Below, piece after piece: positions 34,256 to 47,772 of a stretch of 60,021 bases of DNA. Source of the stretch: Hyphochytrium catenoides (lineage: Eukaryota > Protista > Hyphochytriomycota); assembly GCA_900088475.1 (NCBI GenBank), contig FLMG01000513.1, positions 1 through 60,021 on the forward strand, in the 5' to 3' direction. A model generated the notes under the pieces. It saw nothing but the letters and a program-made list of their open reading frames with translations, was not told the DNA's origin and made no database searches. Each line of letters opens with the position of its first letter. Position 1 is the first letter of the stretch. Position numbers and translations under genes: made by a program.

Positions 34256-37200
34256 TCAACTCTCTGCTTCCGCTGAGGTGCTATAGTCCTCGTGGATCTG
34301 TTTCTCGGCTACAGAGTCAGCCCACAATGGAGTTCTGGCTGAAGTCTGGCGCGCGAAGAAGTTCTAAAAGCAGACAAATAATGGGGAAGGCCTCGTAAGT
34401 AAGCTGTCAACGACATAGCATCACCCATGTCTCTTGTTGTCTATCCATCAACATACCTTAAAAGGTTCATCATCAGTGATGAGCACCGGGTCACGGTAAA
34501 GAGATGGGTCTAAGTCTTCCTTCTGGAAGTGAAGGTAAAAGGTTTTAGAACTCGTTACGACGCGCATGGGCAAGAATCTTCACTCACTGGGTTGCTGGTC
34601 AGCAAGGGTGTCTCTTCATCATCTGCATAGTCCATGGGAAGAGAAAAATGTCGTCTCTTGTCCTGCACATACCTACAAAGAGGTCCTATCAGTACCGCAG
34701 CTGCACTACCTTTGCCTCGTTCTTTGTAGCTGCTCCTAGCTTAGCTGTCCTATTCTGCTAAGCATCATTTCTCGTCGTATGTTGGCGTAAGTCTAAGTCA
34801 CTGCCTATCGCTGCTTGAGATAGGATACCAGCTTCGCTCAAGTGAACAGATGTAGTGTATCCTACCAGGAGATGCTAAGGGTCTGAGTGAATAGAGTCAA
34901 AATGGTCACAGCAATCCACTGTGACTTCCTGCCCTGAATCAGGAAGTATGCTGTCATCACGATCTGCATACGGCATTGTCAGCAAGAAAGCCTGTCGTAA
35001 CTGAGATTGGGACCAGTGTACCTGATATATGGCTAGCGGCACCAACATGCCATGTAGGGCTGTTCGGCCCACAAGTCCTCGGCCTGGTACCTTTGGTCGG
35101 ATATAGAGCAGCTGATACCTACACGAGGAACAGCCGCGAGTAAGAAGCGCTCCAAAACTTAGAGAAAAGCAGTGTGGGGATAAAGGCGAGCATAAGTTTT
35201 TTCTTACTTATCCATATTGTGCTTAATATACGAGTAGAGTGTCCCAGCCAGAACAATCAGCGGTATCATCGTGCTGAAAACTGTCACGACGGCGATGACG
35301 CTGCGGACGGAAGAAAGGCATGTTATGAGCAAGGACGAGGGATGCTAAGTTAGCAAAACAGCCGCAGGCACTATATACCTAATAAACATTGCATATTGCA
35401 TGCCGAGATAGAAAGGATCCGCAGAAACGGCCTCGTCTTCCTCTTTCCTGGTTACAGCTCTCGAGCTGAGCCAACAAAACTTACTGGCTTCACCTAACCT
35501 TAGCATCTCCACTGCGCAGCCAAGTAGACCTCTCTGTATGACTGTGTAATATAGCCGTGACACACTGGGGGAAAGGCGATAGTGAGAAGAACAAGGCACT
35601 CACCATAATTGATGTAGAAGATTCCTGAGCTGCTGAAGAAGACACCTCCGATGGTGCTCAGAACCTATGAGGGAGGCAAAATAAAATGAGGAGGGCTTTC
35701 ATTGCCTCACTGACACTGTCAAGAAGAGCGATGCCTAGAGATACACATGCAACATGGAATCCCAGACAAGAGAAGGCGAAAGTTTGCTACGCAGCACCAC
35801 TCACATGCGACGACTCCTGGTTGATATACTTCAGAAAGGCGTCAACAGAACCAAATGCCAGCGATGGCAGAACAATTGTGTTAAAGATAAGATCTGGAGA
35901 AAGCACTGCTGGTTATTTCATAGATTCTCCATTAAGAAGGAGAGAGAAAGACGTCCATTCGAAGAGAGCAGGCACCATGCAAACGATGTGTTGGGGAAAA
36001 GAAGACTTACATATGGTGCAAATTCGCAAGACTTTCCTTTCACAGCCTGAGTAGGTAAGAATGGGCTCCAGGCGAGTGATGGACCAAAGGCTCTGAATCA
36101 GAGCCGCGTTGATTATCATCAGCCTGGAGAGAGACAATACAAGCATCAATGCTAAGTGTTCATGCGTTCTATATATCTCGGAATAAGACACGCACGTTAG
36201 GGTTGGCAGGTAGGTAAATAGAGCACTTGACATCGAGGGTGAGAATTTTGCCGTTGTATGCAGGACTTTATCGATGAGGCTCCAGGCACTTTCCTCCACA
36301 TCTATATGAGATAGCGCGCAAAAGGGGAAATCATTTCTTTTAGAGCCCATACAGAGATCAGGAGACGCCAAGAAGGGGTGTCTGAGTCTTGGTGGTGGAG
36401 ATAGAATGCACTATAGAGCATAGATGGGGAAATGAGCTAAAGAGAAGCGGTCACACACGTCCGGGGAGGAGAAGATCCTCGGCATCGGAGTCGGCATAAA
36501 CTAATACTGGATGAACATCGTACCTTTGAAGACAGTGACGCTGCCCATTGTGGAGACAACAGCAGTTGGCGAGGTAAATAGGATAAGGACGATGGCGATA
36601 AAGATTGAGATAAGCATTCTCCAAAGGAAACGGTAAACGGTGTGATAGGACATGCTGCTCCATTGAATGTCATGAGGATCAGGAGCGACCTGCAACTTCC
36701 AGTCATATACCTTCAGCTCGTTAGTGATGTTGCTAACTAGCAAAGGAAGGCACCGACGGAATAGAGGTTAGAACCTGACAACAAGTAGGTGATCTGTATC
36801 AAGAAGACTCTTTTTCTCTCTCCCCCTTTTGTCCTTGATGGCTCCCATATTTTGACCTTCTTTCACCCAGTCTTATAGTTGCGTATGCTCTCCCCAAGAT
36901 CCGCTACCGCATGCAATTGACACTAGTGACAGATAGCCGCCTCTCCGCCAGTATCGCTCGTTCTTTGTCATCTGCTACATCTCACCTTGCTCATTATCAA
37001 TACGTCGGTCCCCAGCGTAACCCAAGCTCTTGGCATTCCATTGACGGCAGAACTCTAACTTCTTAGTGTATGAAGAGAAAACCACGAAAGCTCGTCCGGT
37101 GCCCTCATGTGCCTTCACTACTCGGTGACGCTCAAGTACTTCATCACCGAAGGTTTGGTGGATGTTCTGTCGAATCTTGATCTCCCTAGCCAAGTGGCAG

Positions 37201-38504
37201 AAAGATTGAGTGTTAAGTCGTAAGGCGTTATCAGCGCTGGGGTTCGAACCACCGCACGAGGACCATACCTTTCCACGCAGCCCTCAAAGTGGCAGTAGTA
37301 AGAGTTTGGCTGGGGGAACAAGGCGTTGCCGGGACATAGTAAAACAGCCCAGGGCACACTTCCGTCATCTATCCTCTGCCTGAGCACTAAGAGGCGGTCA
37401 AGCTCGTCTTCATGCCCCTCTCGTACTCTCTTCAGCTTCCTGAGTTGATTTAGCTTGGGAACGAGGATGACATGCTCAGCCATCCGCGGGGACAACTGCA
37501 TAGACAAAGAGCCGGATGGTTAAAAGACGAGAAGAGCGCGCCAGCGAGATAGAAGTTAAATCCGCAGACGAGCTCGTGAAAGAGTTGAGAGGAGGGAGCA
37601 ACGTAGGGAGTGTACACCGTTCACACAGGGATCCAGGACTAGAATGGGAGGAGAATAGGCGCTCCAGGGCACTATCCGCATCAAGTACTAAAGCACCACT
37701 CTGGAGAAGTGACATTCTATCCCCAAAATTACCTGGTTCAGCAAGTGCCTAGCGCGAGACTCAGAAAGGTCCGTCGGTACACCAGACTTCACAAAAAGCG
37801 AGAGCGCTTGGAGAGAAGAGATTTTTGGAGAAGTAGCTGCATAGTCCCGCTGTTCCACGCTGGTGAGCTTCTCATTGAGCTTGAAGAGGTAGTAACCATA
37901 GCAAAGAGTGAACAGATAGAAGAAAGCAATGGGAAACCACAGCACTTTGGATTGGCGTGGGATGTCCCGAATGGTTGTCACAGCAAAACTCCCCATATCG
38001 CTGTCTTTCTTATGAGACTGCAGGATGTACACAGGCATCAGAAGTATGGATCCCAGAAGGCTTGTCACGCTTAGAAGACGAAAAGTGTACTCCTGGAACA
38101 CCAGGTAAAAGGCACCTTCAGTCCCAGATCTACGCTCTACCTCCATGCTTCTACATAGCACAGTGTCAGAGATGTCAGCGGGGGGAACAACTTCATGTTG
38201 GGCATAAAGAAAATGCTTGCCTCACGTCCAGCTTTCTAAAGTTCTGAAGCTTCTCTCTGAGCTTATGACCCGGCATGCCAGGAGTTCCTCTGCCAAAGCA
38301 GAATAGCTGCCTCCTCCCACTACGGGAGGTGATCAAAATTGTCAGAGTGACCACCAAGATCAGAACATCCAACAGGAAGATACTCAAAGTTCCTCGCCAG
38401 CCATGGGCTTCTGCTATTTGGACTTCGCGCGAACGGCCATGCCAGGGATCAGACATATTCCCCTGAATCGCAAGCCCAGCGAGTTGATCCTCCATGGCTT
38501 CCAC
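34256..38504 (-). CDS. OSCA/TMEM63 (CSC1-like) calcium-permeable mechanosensitive channel, multi-exon
   Basis: N-terminal TM; RSGTEGAFYLVFQ...ILLMPVY; FAVTTIRDIP..SKVLW; TGRAFVVF; APDPHDIQWSSM; further TM exons. The stop at 34256 comes from manual splicing of the last exons. Confidence 0.88.
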
Positions 38505-39047
38505 ACGCCTTGCAGCGACTTGTCAGCACTCCTCAGGGCTTCATCTGTAAGCTTCTGGGGCGGTATGCTGCGGGCAGAGATGACCATGAACGCGCTTTCT
38601 TGGCGCAGCCTTGTTCCTCGGAGAGAAGATAGTTCACTGGAAGAACATGGAAACTGTAGCCGAGGCGACAATCAGAACAAGCAACCAGACCTACTCCTGG
38701 GGTATTTCTGTACCTGATCAGAGAGCCAGAACTCATCAAACATCACCAAAGCTCTGACTCACACGCTTCTTTTCTATGGTACAGGAGCAGATGACGGCTT
38801 GCGGCGGCTCAGTGAGCGAAGCTGCAGTTTCTTCAATGTGCTCGTCCTGCGGCATCCTGCATCGTTAGCCGATGTAAGGTATGCGCTAAATAACGCTGTT
38901 CTCTTCCACGCGAGTAGAAGCACCTACTACTACTATGTGGTGTCTTGTTTGTAGAGGGAAACTGTCCATAGAGATTGAATGATGAGACGAGGAGAGGCCA
39001 TCATCCGAGTGCAAAGACCAGTAGGCATTAAGCTCATTTTCCAGGTT

Positions 39048-39805
39048 CTATAATATTAGGCTCTCATCGATAAGAGAGAAGATCGGCACCGAGGGGTATG
39101 TGGCCTGAATACGCTCTCTCCCTTTCAAAGCACTGAGCTCAATAACACAAGCGCACTCGACCACGCTGCCACCTAGGGCACGGACAAGAGATATCGCAGC
39201 CAAGAGAGTACCACCCGTGGCTATTAGATCATCTATCAGAAGGACCTTATCTCCCGGGGAGATTGCGTCGCGAGACACCGCTAACGCGTCTTCACCTTGC
39301 GCATCATCCCCTTTATACTCCTGGTATCACGGAGGATGCAAATTATTATAGAAGCAGTGACATTAGAGGGTCAGATGCGCCTATCGTTTCACGCAAGGTA
39401 CTGGTGATAGACGGTATGCTTTACCTTTGTATAGCTGGCACCAATGATGCAGTTAGGTAGCTTTCCTGCTTTTCGCATCATAAAAAAGGGAACGCCTAGA
39501 GCGAGCGCTATCGGTGGCCCAAAGAGGAAACCCCTGGCATCTAGGCCGCCTATAGAAGAAAGTGGCCGGGCGGGCTTAGAGGACTTTGGTTGTAAGTCTC
39601 CGTACAGGGTGTCCTAACCTATGCTTTGTATGTCCATTGCTTTATAGCGCTGAATAAATAATGTTATGCACTCCTTGAATTCAATAGGGCTTCGAAGCAG
39701 ACCACTGATGTCATAGAAGCGATCTACGCCCTTGAACGGAAAGTGTGGAATAGTCCCTGCAATGCGTGAGAGAATCTCGCGAGGCTCCTCACTGGCAACA
39801 TCCAT
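39048..39805 (-). CDS. APT: Adenine phosphoribosyltransferase (3 exons)
   Basis: FPFKGVDRFYDISGLL, GGLDARGFLFG, MRKAGKLP, and the PRPP-binding motif VLLIDDLIATGGT. Confidence 0.95.
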
Positions 39806-40632
39806 TTCAGAGCCTTTCTAACCTTGCAGGTAAAACTTTGTCGACCGCTTTGCTGGACAAGGCAATCTGCAAGGTGATCAGAATCTGCAATAAGTCTTCC
39901 TCCCCAGGAGACCTCAATCTCCGTCTGAGTGATCGATCTTCAGAATGCACCAAACCCAATAAAAATAAATCTCCTTTCAGGCATTCCAGACCTCCTCCAG
40001 TGTTGGATCAAACTACGGATATCAATGAGCACCTCGCTTTAGTTACCAGAGACCCTTTCAACTGCCACCTCCCACAACGCTGTTTGTTGCCCTTTCGAGT
40101 TTAGGAAGGATTCCTTATTCACTATCAGTATATTCATGATAGACCATATGGACGTTCCTTGGATTCAGAACCACTGGGGTCTGGAGGAATATCTCTGAGG
40201 AACTTCAACGCCGTTCAGATGCTGAGCCGCAGAATGTGATGGCCGCCGGGCTCAGGCAGCACAGCCATCGACAGAGCTGAGCTTCTGTTATTATTAGGAT
40301 GGAAAGAGGAAGGACAGCGTGCGAGGTGAGAGGAGGTAGAGGATAGGAAAGGACGGTCAACGGTGAAACAGGGCGGGAGGGCCAGTAAGAGATAGAGGTG
40401 ATCAGGCCCAGCACCTCGCGGAGTGCATGGCCAAAAGCTTCGAGCTTGAGATAACGGATCACGCGATACGTTCAGCCAACCGGGCCACACTGTCATTTTC
40501 AAAGTCCTGAGCACTAGCAGTCCTATTTCCCCTACAAAGGCCAGACATTGCAGCATACGAAGCCCATCCCCACCGTGGCTTCATTAGCTGGAGTTCCAAG
40601 GCCCTACAAGGGGAACATTGACGACAAGCAAG

Positions 40633-43600
40633 ATGGGTCGGCTTACCTGTTCTGCAGCTATTATATGGCTCGCACTAGCACTTGTGGCTCTGGGAGCTGT
40701 AAGTGCTGTCGATTCTGAAGCGGTCGCAGCAGGAGACCTTCTCCCATCTGAAAGTTCATCGGGGCAGGTAGGGTGCTTGGACTGCGACGGGTATGAGCCC
40801 CACGATGTGGCGATTGAGGTGCAACAGCCCGAAGAAGCAGAGACGGAGAAGGTCGATTTGATAGACCATCTACATGATGAGCCACTCCTACCTGCCGCGG
40901 ACAATGAGACCACAGCGTGTAGTACTGGATCACCTGGAATGCACTGCACGAAGCACGAACATGCGGCACGAAGTGATGTTATTGAACAAGATGCGTTGGC
41001 AATGGATAGTGGCCTGTCCTCAGATTCCCAGGAAGGACCTAGCGCTACTCTTTTAGTACTCGGTGGCCCTGATGTCTGCGCGCATGACCTCATCCGTGTG
41101 GAGCTTTCTTTCAACAAGGAGTCTGACATACAGTCAGCCGCAGAGCTCCCAGTGCATTGGCTCGAGGTACACAGAGGACGAGAAGTGGCAGCCCGCAGTC
41201 GCGTTCTTTCTTCTGTACCTCTTCACAGAGAGCTGGCGCACGATACCGCAATGAGATCTAGGCCTTCAATTCAGTGCTTTTTCGACAAAGAGCACTGCGT
41301 GCCGCGCGTGGTTCTGGTTGAACTTCTTGAGACAGACATGCATGAGTTCGACCCTACATACTTCTCGGCATCCACCCTCAGGATAAGCTTCAGTCAGGTG
41401 AGTTTTGCGTATAATGCTTCATCGAGTTGTCAGACCGCGTCATCTGATCGTCTTAAATTGGCAGGAAACAAACACACCGGCTGTTGACAATCCTGAGCTC
41501 GTTGCAGAGCTTCTGGATAGCTCTCACAAACTGCAGAAGGGCGCCTGGCTGGACCGCAAGACCCTCATCATGGGGACTATGACCCCTATCAGTCGCTCTG
41601 ACGTGGTGGAGGTAGCCGTGAAGTCCGTTAGCTTTGTGGCGAGACCCGACAAGCACAAATTAAGCGCTGGGATTCGAATTATCACGGAAGGAGAGTATCT
41701 TCTTCGAGCAGTAGGACCCAAGAGCAATGTTCTGGATGCCACGTCTCTTACGGTCAGGAGGTGCGCAGACGTTATCATCTCCAACAGTGGGATGGACACG
41801 CCAGCGCCGTTGCCCACCGTCCTACCTCCACAAACGTAAGTTTCACTACTTCTACGTTGTTCCTTGTCTTCTTCTTCCAAGGCGCCAGTGACCACAGAAG
41901 CGAGACCCAGGATAGTTGTTTTTGCCTCCTTGCCATTTCATACAATCTCTAGAGGTTGTAAACATATGTGCATTGCACTCATACTGTCTACGTACCTCTT
42001 GCAGCTTCTCTCTCAAGGGGAATGTGGCTTTCACGGGCTCAAAAGAGCATGCTCTCCGGCTTCCTGAGTCAGAACTTCCTGCTCGTGGGCGTAAAGACTG
42101 GAGTATGGCGTTCTGGGTCTTCCTATTGGACGAACAGCAAAGAAACATGGACGTAGAGAAAGCAGGTCCCTTGCGGATACTTTTTTATAAGGTGGCCGCT
42201 TTTTTTTCCATTAAATTTTAGATGCCTCCGGTAGCTGCGACTTATATACTGTTCTGCTGCTCCACTCTGGTGTCTCTGCCCACCTCTCTTTTTACATAGG
42301 GTGAGGATGTGGAGAACAGAACTCCGACCTGCTGGTTGGCGCCTGAAAAAGGAACACTGGACGTTAGGGTCACCTCTGCTAGCGAGATGAATGCTGGACA
42401 CTCAGGCTTTGAAAAGCTCAGCCCAGGCCGTTGGACTCATCTGGCCTTCACCTTCGCTAACCTCTCTGAAAGGTCAGTCCGACTACCGCAGTGGCTCTCT
42501 TATGTGCAAGACTCTTCTTCCCTCATGTTACCAGTCCGTTACTTGCTTTCTTGGGCTTGCCTATTACCCCTCCATAATCCTCTCCACGCCTGAGGTCAAT
42601 ACTGCCGCGTTCGTTTGTCATTAGTTCTTAATCAAAATTTTATCCATTGTTGGACTTTTAACAGCTATCCGGAATCAGAGTTCAAGTACGAAGTCAGGCT
42701 CTTCGTAGATGGTCGTCTGGACATCTCGATGGGCTTTCGCGATGCCGTGATCCCGAACGGCGGTGATCTGTGGATTGGCGGCTCGCCGCGCTGGGATTGG
42801 GGCATCAAGGGCTTCATTGCAAATCTTAGGGTCTTCGAAGGTGTGCTCAGTGGCCAACAGGTGAAGACATTGGTGGATATTGAGGGACACGCAGTGCGGT
42901 ACGATGTTGGTCAAGCAGGAAGCAGATTCCTTGTGCCCTTGCGCAAGAGGCAAACCCCTAGTGTTGCCTCCGATTGTCAACCTTCAGGTAAGAGTTTGAA
43001 AGGGCAGATCGGTGGATATGCATTGTGTCATGGGTCCTTTAGCTAGAATGAGGCCGTAGGAATGTCCATTATAGATAACAGAAGCGGGAGAGAATAAGAG
43101 AGCGAAAAGGAGGAGAGTGGCTAGAGTCAATATTTAGTTCCCTCCTTCCCTCATGGCAGATCCCTCTTGTTGCTACGGCGATCACTGCCCGGAACCTGAA
43201 GCTACGGAGATCCTTTCTGTCATCCAGAAGGAGCTGTACGCTACGGCCAAGGACATGTGGGCTAAGTGTGCTCCCGTTACGGAGGTGGTCGATGCCCTTT
43301 TAGAGGCGGGGGAAGAAGGCTCAGCAGATGTAAGTTCTTGGCTCTATAATTGAGCCTTCCTGCTAGGCCTCTTGGCCGTTCTTTCTCTCTCCTGTCTCCT
43401 GTCTGAGCATCATCATCATTCTGACCACTTTCCTCTAGGCGTATTATGACGCAGCCAGAATTCTTTTAGGGAAGACGAGAGGAGAAGTTACAAGCTCCTG
43501 TGCAGAGTCGCGAAACACTCTCCGCGCTCCTGTAGACGTAGGTCGCGCTATTTCCTATTTAGAGAAAGCAGCCGCGGGGGGAAAAGGAGCGGCTTTCTCT

Positions 43601-45331
43601 CTCCTTGCTTCTCTAACGTCGGGCGGTCTCCGGGCGATACAGCTTGGCCGCCATGAACAGCACGCCGTGGCCATGTCAGCTAGAAGAGGGGAAATAGCGG
43701 GTCATATGTACCAAGTGGCCGCGCTAGAGGCTGTACCAACGGCCTGGCTAGCCCTAGCCCACCGCTATAGTAAGGGACAAGGAGTGGTGAAAGACCCCGA
43801 AGTAGCTGCACATTACTATTACTTGGCAGCACTTGAGTCTCAGCGTTTCTATCATACCACGGGCAAACAACCCCGTCATGAGATGCACCAGCTCTCTGAA
43901 AGCACGGAAGAAACCATAGAGATTGGACAGAAGGGCGATGATGATGAGCAAATCCAGTTCCTGACTCTACAGGCAGAACATGGGGACGTAGGAGCCATCC
44001 TCACACTAGGAGATTGGTACTACTGGGGCTCTCACGGCCTTCCTAGGGACCATGGGCGTGCCGCTCAGTACTTTTCAAGAGCCGCACAGCTGCAGAGCGA
44101 CGTTGGAAGGAGCTGCTTGGCTGGCATGTACCGGAGAGGAGAGGGCGTGGAGAGAGACGATTTGAAGGCAAAGGAACTATGGGAAGCAGCTGTCAATTCG
44201 TCGGATAACGTAAGAGGTTTGAACGGGCTTGGGCATCTATACTTCTACGGCGTGGAAGGGGTGATCGAGCAGAACCAAACTAAGGCCCTAGAGTACTTCC
44301 AGAGGGCAGCAGACAAGGGAGAGGAAGCGGACAGTATGTTTAACACGGCCACTTGCTACCAGCAAGGCATAGGAACAGCAAAGAACCTCACCGTCGCCCT
44401 ACATTACTTCAAGAGGGCAGCTGCTGAGTTTGCGCACTTTGACTCTGTGTTGGAGCTTGGAAAGATGTACCTCTTCGGCATCGGCGTCCAGCGTTCTCTG
44501 TCTGCAGCAACAGTCTATTTAAAGCACGCTGCAGAGCAGGGAGAGTGGGGCGGGCTCCTGAGGGAAGGCTTCGACTACTATATCAAGAGGAATATCAACG
44601 CTGCGGTCCTTCGGTATATAGAGGCAGCAGAGTACGGATACACGGTAGCAGAGGGCAATGTCGCCTTTCTAGCGAACAAGAAGATCTCTGATCCTTCTAC
44701 TCTCTTTCAACAGAAGAGTAGAGGGAGAGACGCCGAAGCGGTTGACAGCGATGAGAGTAACGGAGAAAAGCTTGGCCGAGATCGAGAAGGATCAAAGCGC
44801 CAGAGTGAGCATCTGGCATTCAACTACTTGCTGAAAGCTGCAAACAACGGAGACACAGAGGCACTTATCCCGCTGGGAGACATATTTTACTATGGGAAAG
44901 CAGGCGTTGCCATCGACTATGCACGCGCTCTCTGGTGGTACAGCCGCGCCAGTGCTGCTGGCGTGTCTCAAGGAGCCTTCTACGTTGCCTCAATGTACGA
45001 AAGCGGTCAAGGAGTCGAAAAATCGCTTAATCGAGCTGTGCGGTACTATCAGCGCAGTAGAGAGCTGGATGGGTCACTTCCGAATCGTCTCGCTGTGCAG
45101 CTTGCATTGGTCAGGATGGAATTCTGTGAGACCCTGGAAGTCCAGACCGGATGGAAGTGCTTTGGCCAGGATGGGGCTAAGGGAAGTGGTCCTCGCCCAC
45201 AAAGTAATGGAAGAGGAGGAGAGACAACAGACGTGGACAGTGAAACAGTAGGCATCCTGACACTGACGGCTGTGTTGATGACGCTGCTCTACCTCCGAGG
45301 ACGTATGGGTGTCAGGCACCAGGAAGGCTAG
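40633..45331 (+). CDS. SEL1L3/Hrd3-like type I membrane protein: signal peptide, LamG/ConA-like domain, Sel1 repeats, C-terminal TM (multi-exon)
   Basis: Signal peptide. LamG-like motifs WSMAFWVFL, PGRWTHLAFTF, LFVDGRLD, LWIGG...GFIANLRVF. Many Sel1 repeats (LGDWYYWG, ALEYFQRAA, ALWWYSRAS). TM VGILTLTAVLMTLLYL. Confidence 0.82.
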
Positions 45332-46134
45332 ACGTAACAGTCGTTCCTGCTCCACATGGTTACGTCCCTGAAGCTCTACATATCTGTCGCTGTACGCTAC
45401 CTTCTGTCTATCTTGTGCATTTCCTATTGTTAGCTTCATCAGCGCTCAGACCTCTCTCTCTCCCCTTCTCTCTGTGTCTACTCGACACATTATAGCTGCG
45501 CCGTGTACAAAGCTCTCATCTCTACAGTCTCGCTTTCACTTTCTGCCTTATGGATGGGCTCCTCTCATCCCAACAGTCTTGGGATATGTACCAATCGTCT
45601 AATCATGCCATAATAAAGCTCAGTATAGCTCTTTGTAAGGGTGTGCCTCACATTCTTCCTTGATCACGTATCACTTTTATGCTATCTCCTTCGCCCATCC
45701 TTCTCTCACCGCTATGGCTGCGACACCGACTGTAGCCGGCAATCTCAAGACACAAGGGTAGCGGCGGGCAAAAAGTCCCAAGTTGTTAGAGGTCAAGGCC
45801 GGCCTCCCGGCAAACATTGAAAGGAGAAGTGCGCATCATGAAAGCTCTTCGTTTCTCGTCCCATATTTAATACGTTAGAGCCAGTTGGCAGAGACAGACC
45901 GGAGTACCAGCGAAGCGCTGATGTGCCTCTTGGCTCTCTCTCGCTCGGTGCTGTTGTCCGTCAGAAGATAAAGCTCATCTATGAACGGCCTGATCGTCCG
46001 CAGATGGAGAAGGAGATGAGCTCAAAGGATGTGAGGCTAGTGTCTCTTTATTCCTTGGCACTTGGGAGGCCAAGGAGCTGAGGAGTTGCGAGAGCGGGTA
46101 AAGTGCATGAGGCTTGGAGACGCAAGTGACCTGC

Positions 46135-46138
<4 letters not shown>

Positions 46139-46170
<32 letters not shown>

Positions 46171-46275
46171 GTAGGGAGTGAGAGCGAGAGAGAGAGAGGT
46201 GTAGAGGGACAGAGAGACTGAGACAGAGAGACTGAGACAGAGAGACTGAGACAGAGAGACTGAGACAGAGAGACT

Positions 46276-46319
<44 letters not shown>

Positions 46320-46336
46320 CAGAAAGGGAGAGAGAG
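46139..46336 (+). repeat. Compound (GA)n / (GAGACAGAGAGACT)n microsatellite
   Basis: Read directly from the sequence. Confidence 0.95.
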
Positions 46337-47044
46337 CTTATAAAACGCACAACCAATCCAACTCTGAAGCTTCTAACGGCTAGCTATAGCCTACAATGAT
46401 GTGAGATGCCACATGGCCTCCCTCCCCTCTGTGTCGTAGTTGTGGGCTGCGTCCATCTAACATCCTGTAACCATCTTCAGCCCTAGGATGAGGAATAATA
46501 GCCATCCTATTATAGATAAACATCAACAAAGGCCTAATTATTCTCAATCCGTTGAATCAGTGAACGTCAGACAGCACAAGGCAAAAAACGCAGCTTCACT
46601 TCTTTGACACGACATTCAGAAGACCTACATTCCTGATTTACAGAGAAATAGTAGCAGACATTCCAAATAGTCTGCCCTTTGTGACATCAGGATCGTGCAG
46701 ATGAGGAACCGAGGTACAGTTCTGAGGAAGAAAGAGCTTGAAGCTCTGTAGCAAGCCAAAGAAGCGACGAAGAAATTTATTTGCTGCCAAAGCTCAGGAA
46801 CGCTGCCTCCTGCCCGATGGCCGAAGGCTGGAACAGCGCCGCGGCGGCATTACCTTCCCATTGTTGCTACATCATAGCGCTCTCACAAGCTTCATCTACA
46901 CTATAAGGCTCCAGAAAGCTATATGAGAATATCTCTGTCTACCTAGCCAGCCACCAGCCAATTCATGACCTCGTGTTTCATCGCCATTTTTAGGGGGAAT
47001 ATACTACGTGAAAACAAGCGTTCTCAGGTTTCTTCCCGATACCA

Positions 47045-47350
47045 ATGGCCAGCCTGAATCCGTCAGCAAGCCCCTTCAGGCCCACTCCATCTCCTTCCTA
47101 CTACGAGAGCAGCGATTATGACACTAGTGGTGGCAGCTCTTTCTCTTCTCAAGACTCGGGAGACGACGAGGAGGAGCTGTACTGCAGCCGCTATCACGTT
47201 ATTCCCTGCAAGCCGACACCAGCCGCCCTGTCCATGTATGAAGGCATGAAGACTCCTTCTGGAATCCTTCTAACGACTTACGGGGGCCAGAAAGTTGAAT
47301 TATATACGACTGCGCATGTGCCAGAAAGGTTCTATCAGGGCAACTCATGA
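47045..47350 (+). CDS. Small protein with N-terminal PAM2-like motif; may splice to a second exon ~47451-47550
   Basis: Begins MASLNPSASPFRP, fitting the PAM2 consensus LNPxAxxFxP, followed by a Ser/acidic tract. Confidence 0.5.
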   Translation: MASLNPSASPFRPTPSPSYYESSDYDTSGGSSFSSQDSGDDEEELYCSRYHVIPCKPTPAALSMYEGMKTPSGILLTTYGGQKVELYTTAHVPERFYQGNS

Positions 47351-47772
47351 GGAAGATGCTGGCCCTCGCTCATAAAACCTTTAGGCTGTTGATTATGTAT
47401 ATCTGGATGTAAGGGGAAGGAGATTGTCTCATCTCCTTCACTTATTATAGGCTGTATCATAGCAAATATCACTTTTCTATACCTTTTGACGTCCGTCCAT
47501 TTGCTCCATTTGCCATGATCGAAAGTTGGGCCAACAAAACAGTCCTCTAATAGCTCTTAAAGACCACCTGCTGGTGCAGACTCTTACCGGCCCACGATTT
47601 CTTTGACAGGTCAAAGTCTGCCGTTCGTAGAGCCGAAAGACAGGTTGTAGAGCTTCCATGAGAAGAAGTAGTGTCAGCAACATTTCCGAAGTCAAGCCGA
47701 AAGGCTAAACCGCTACCTAGGATTAGCGCGTCGGCACGGTCCCATACAGCGTCTTCAGAGACGCGCAGTCTC

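Noticed and set aside
37235-37256. GGTTCGAACC B-box/T-loop-like motif
   Set aside because: Lies in an OSCA intron with no cloverleaf; not a tRNA.
46048-46356. SLSLSL/ERERER ORFs here and at 47967-48227, 51893-52195 and 59432-59764
   Set aside because: Translations of CT/GA microsatellites, not genes.
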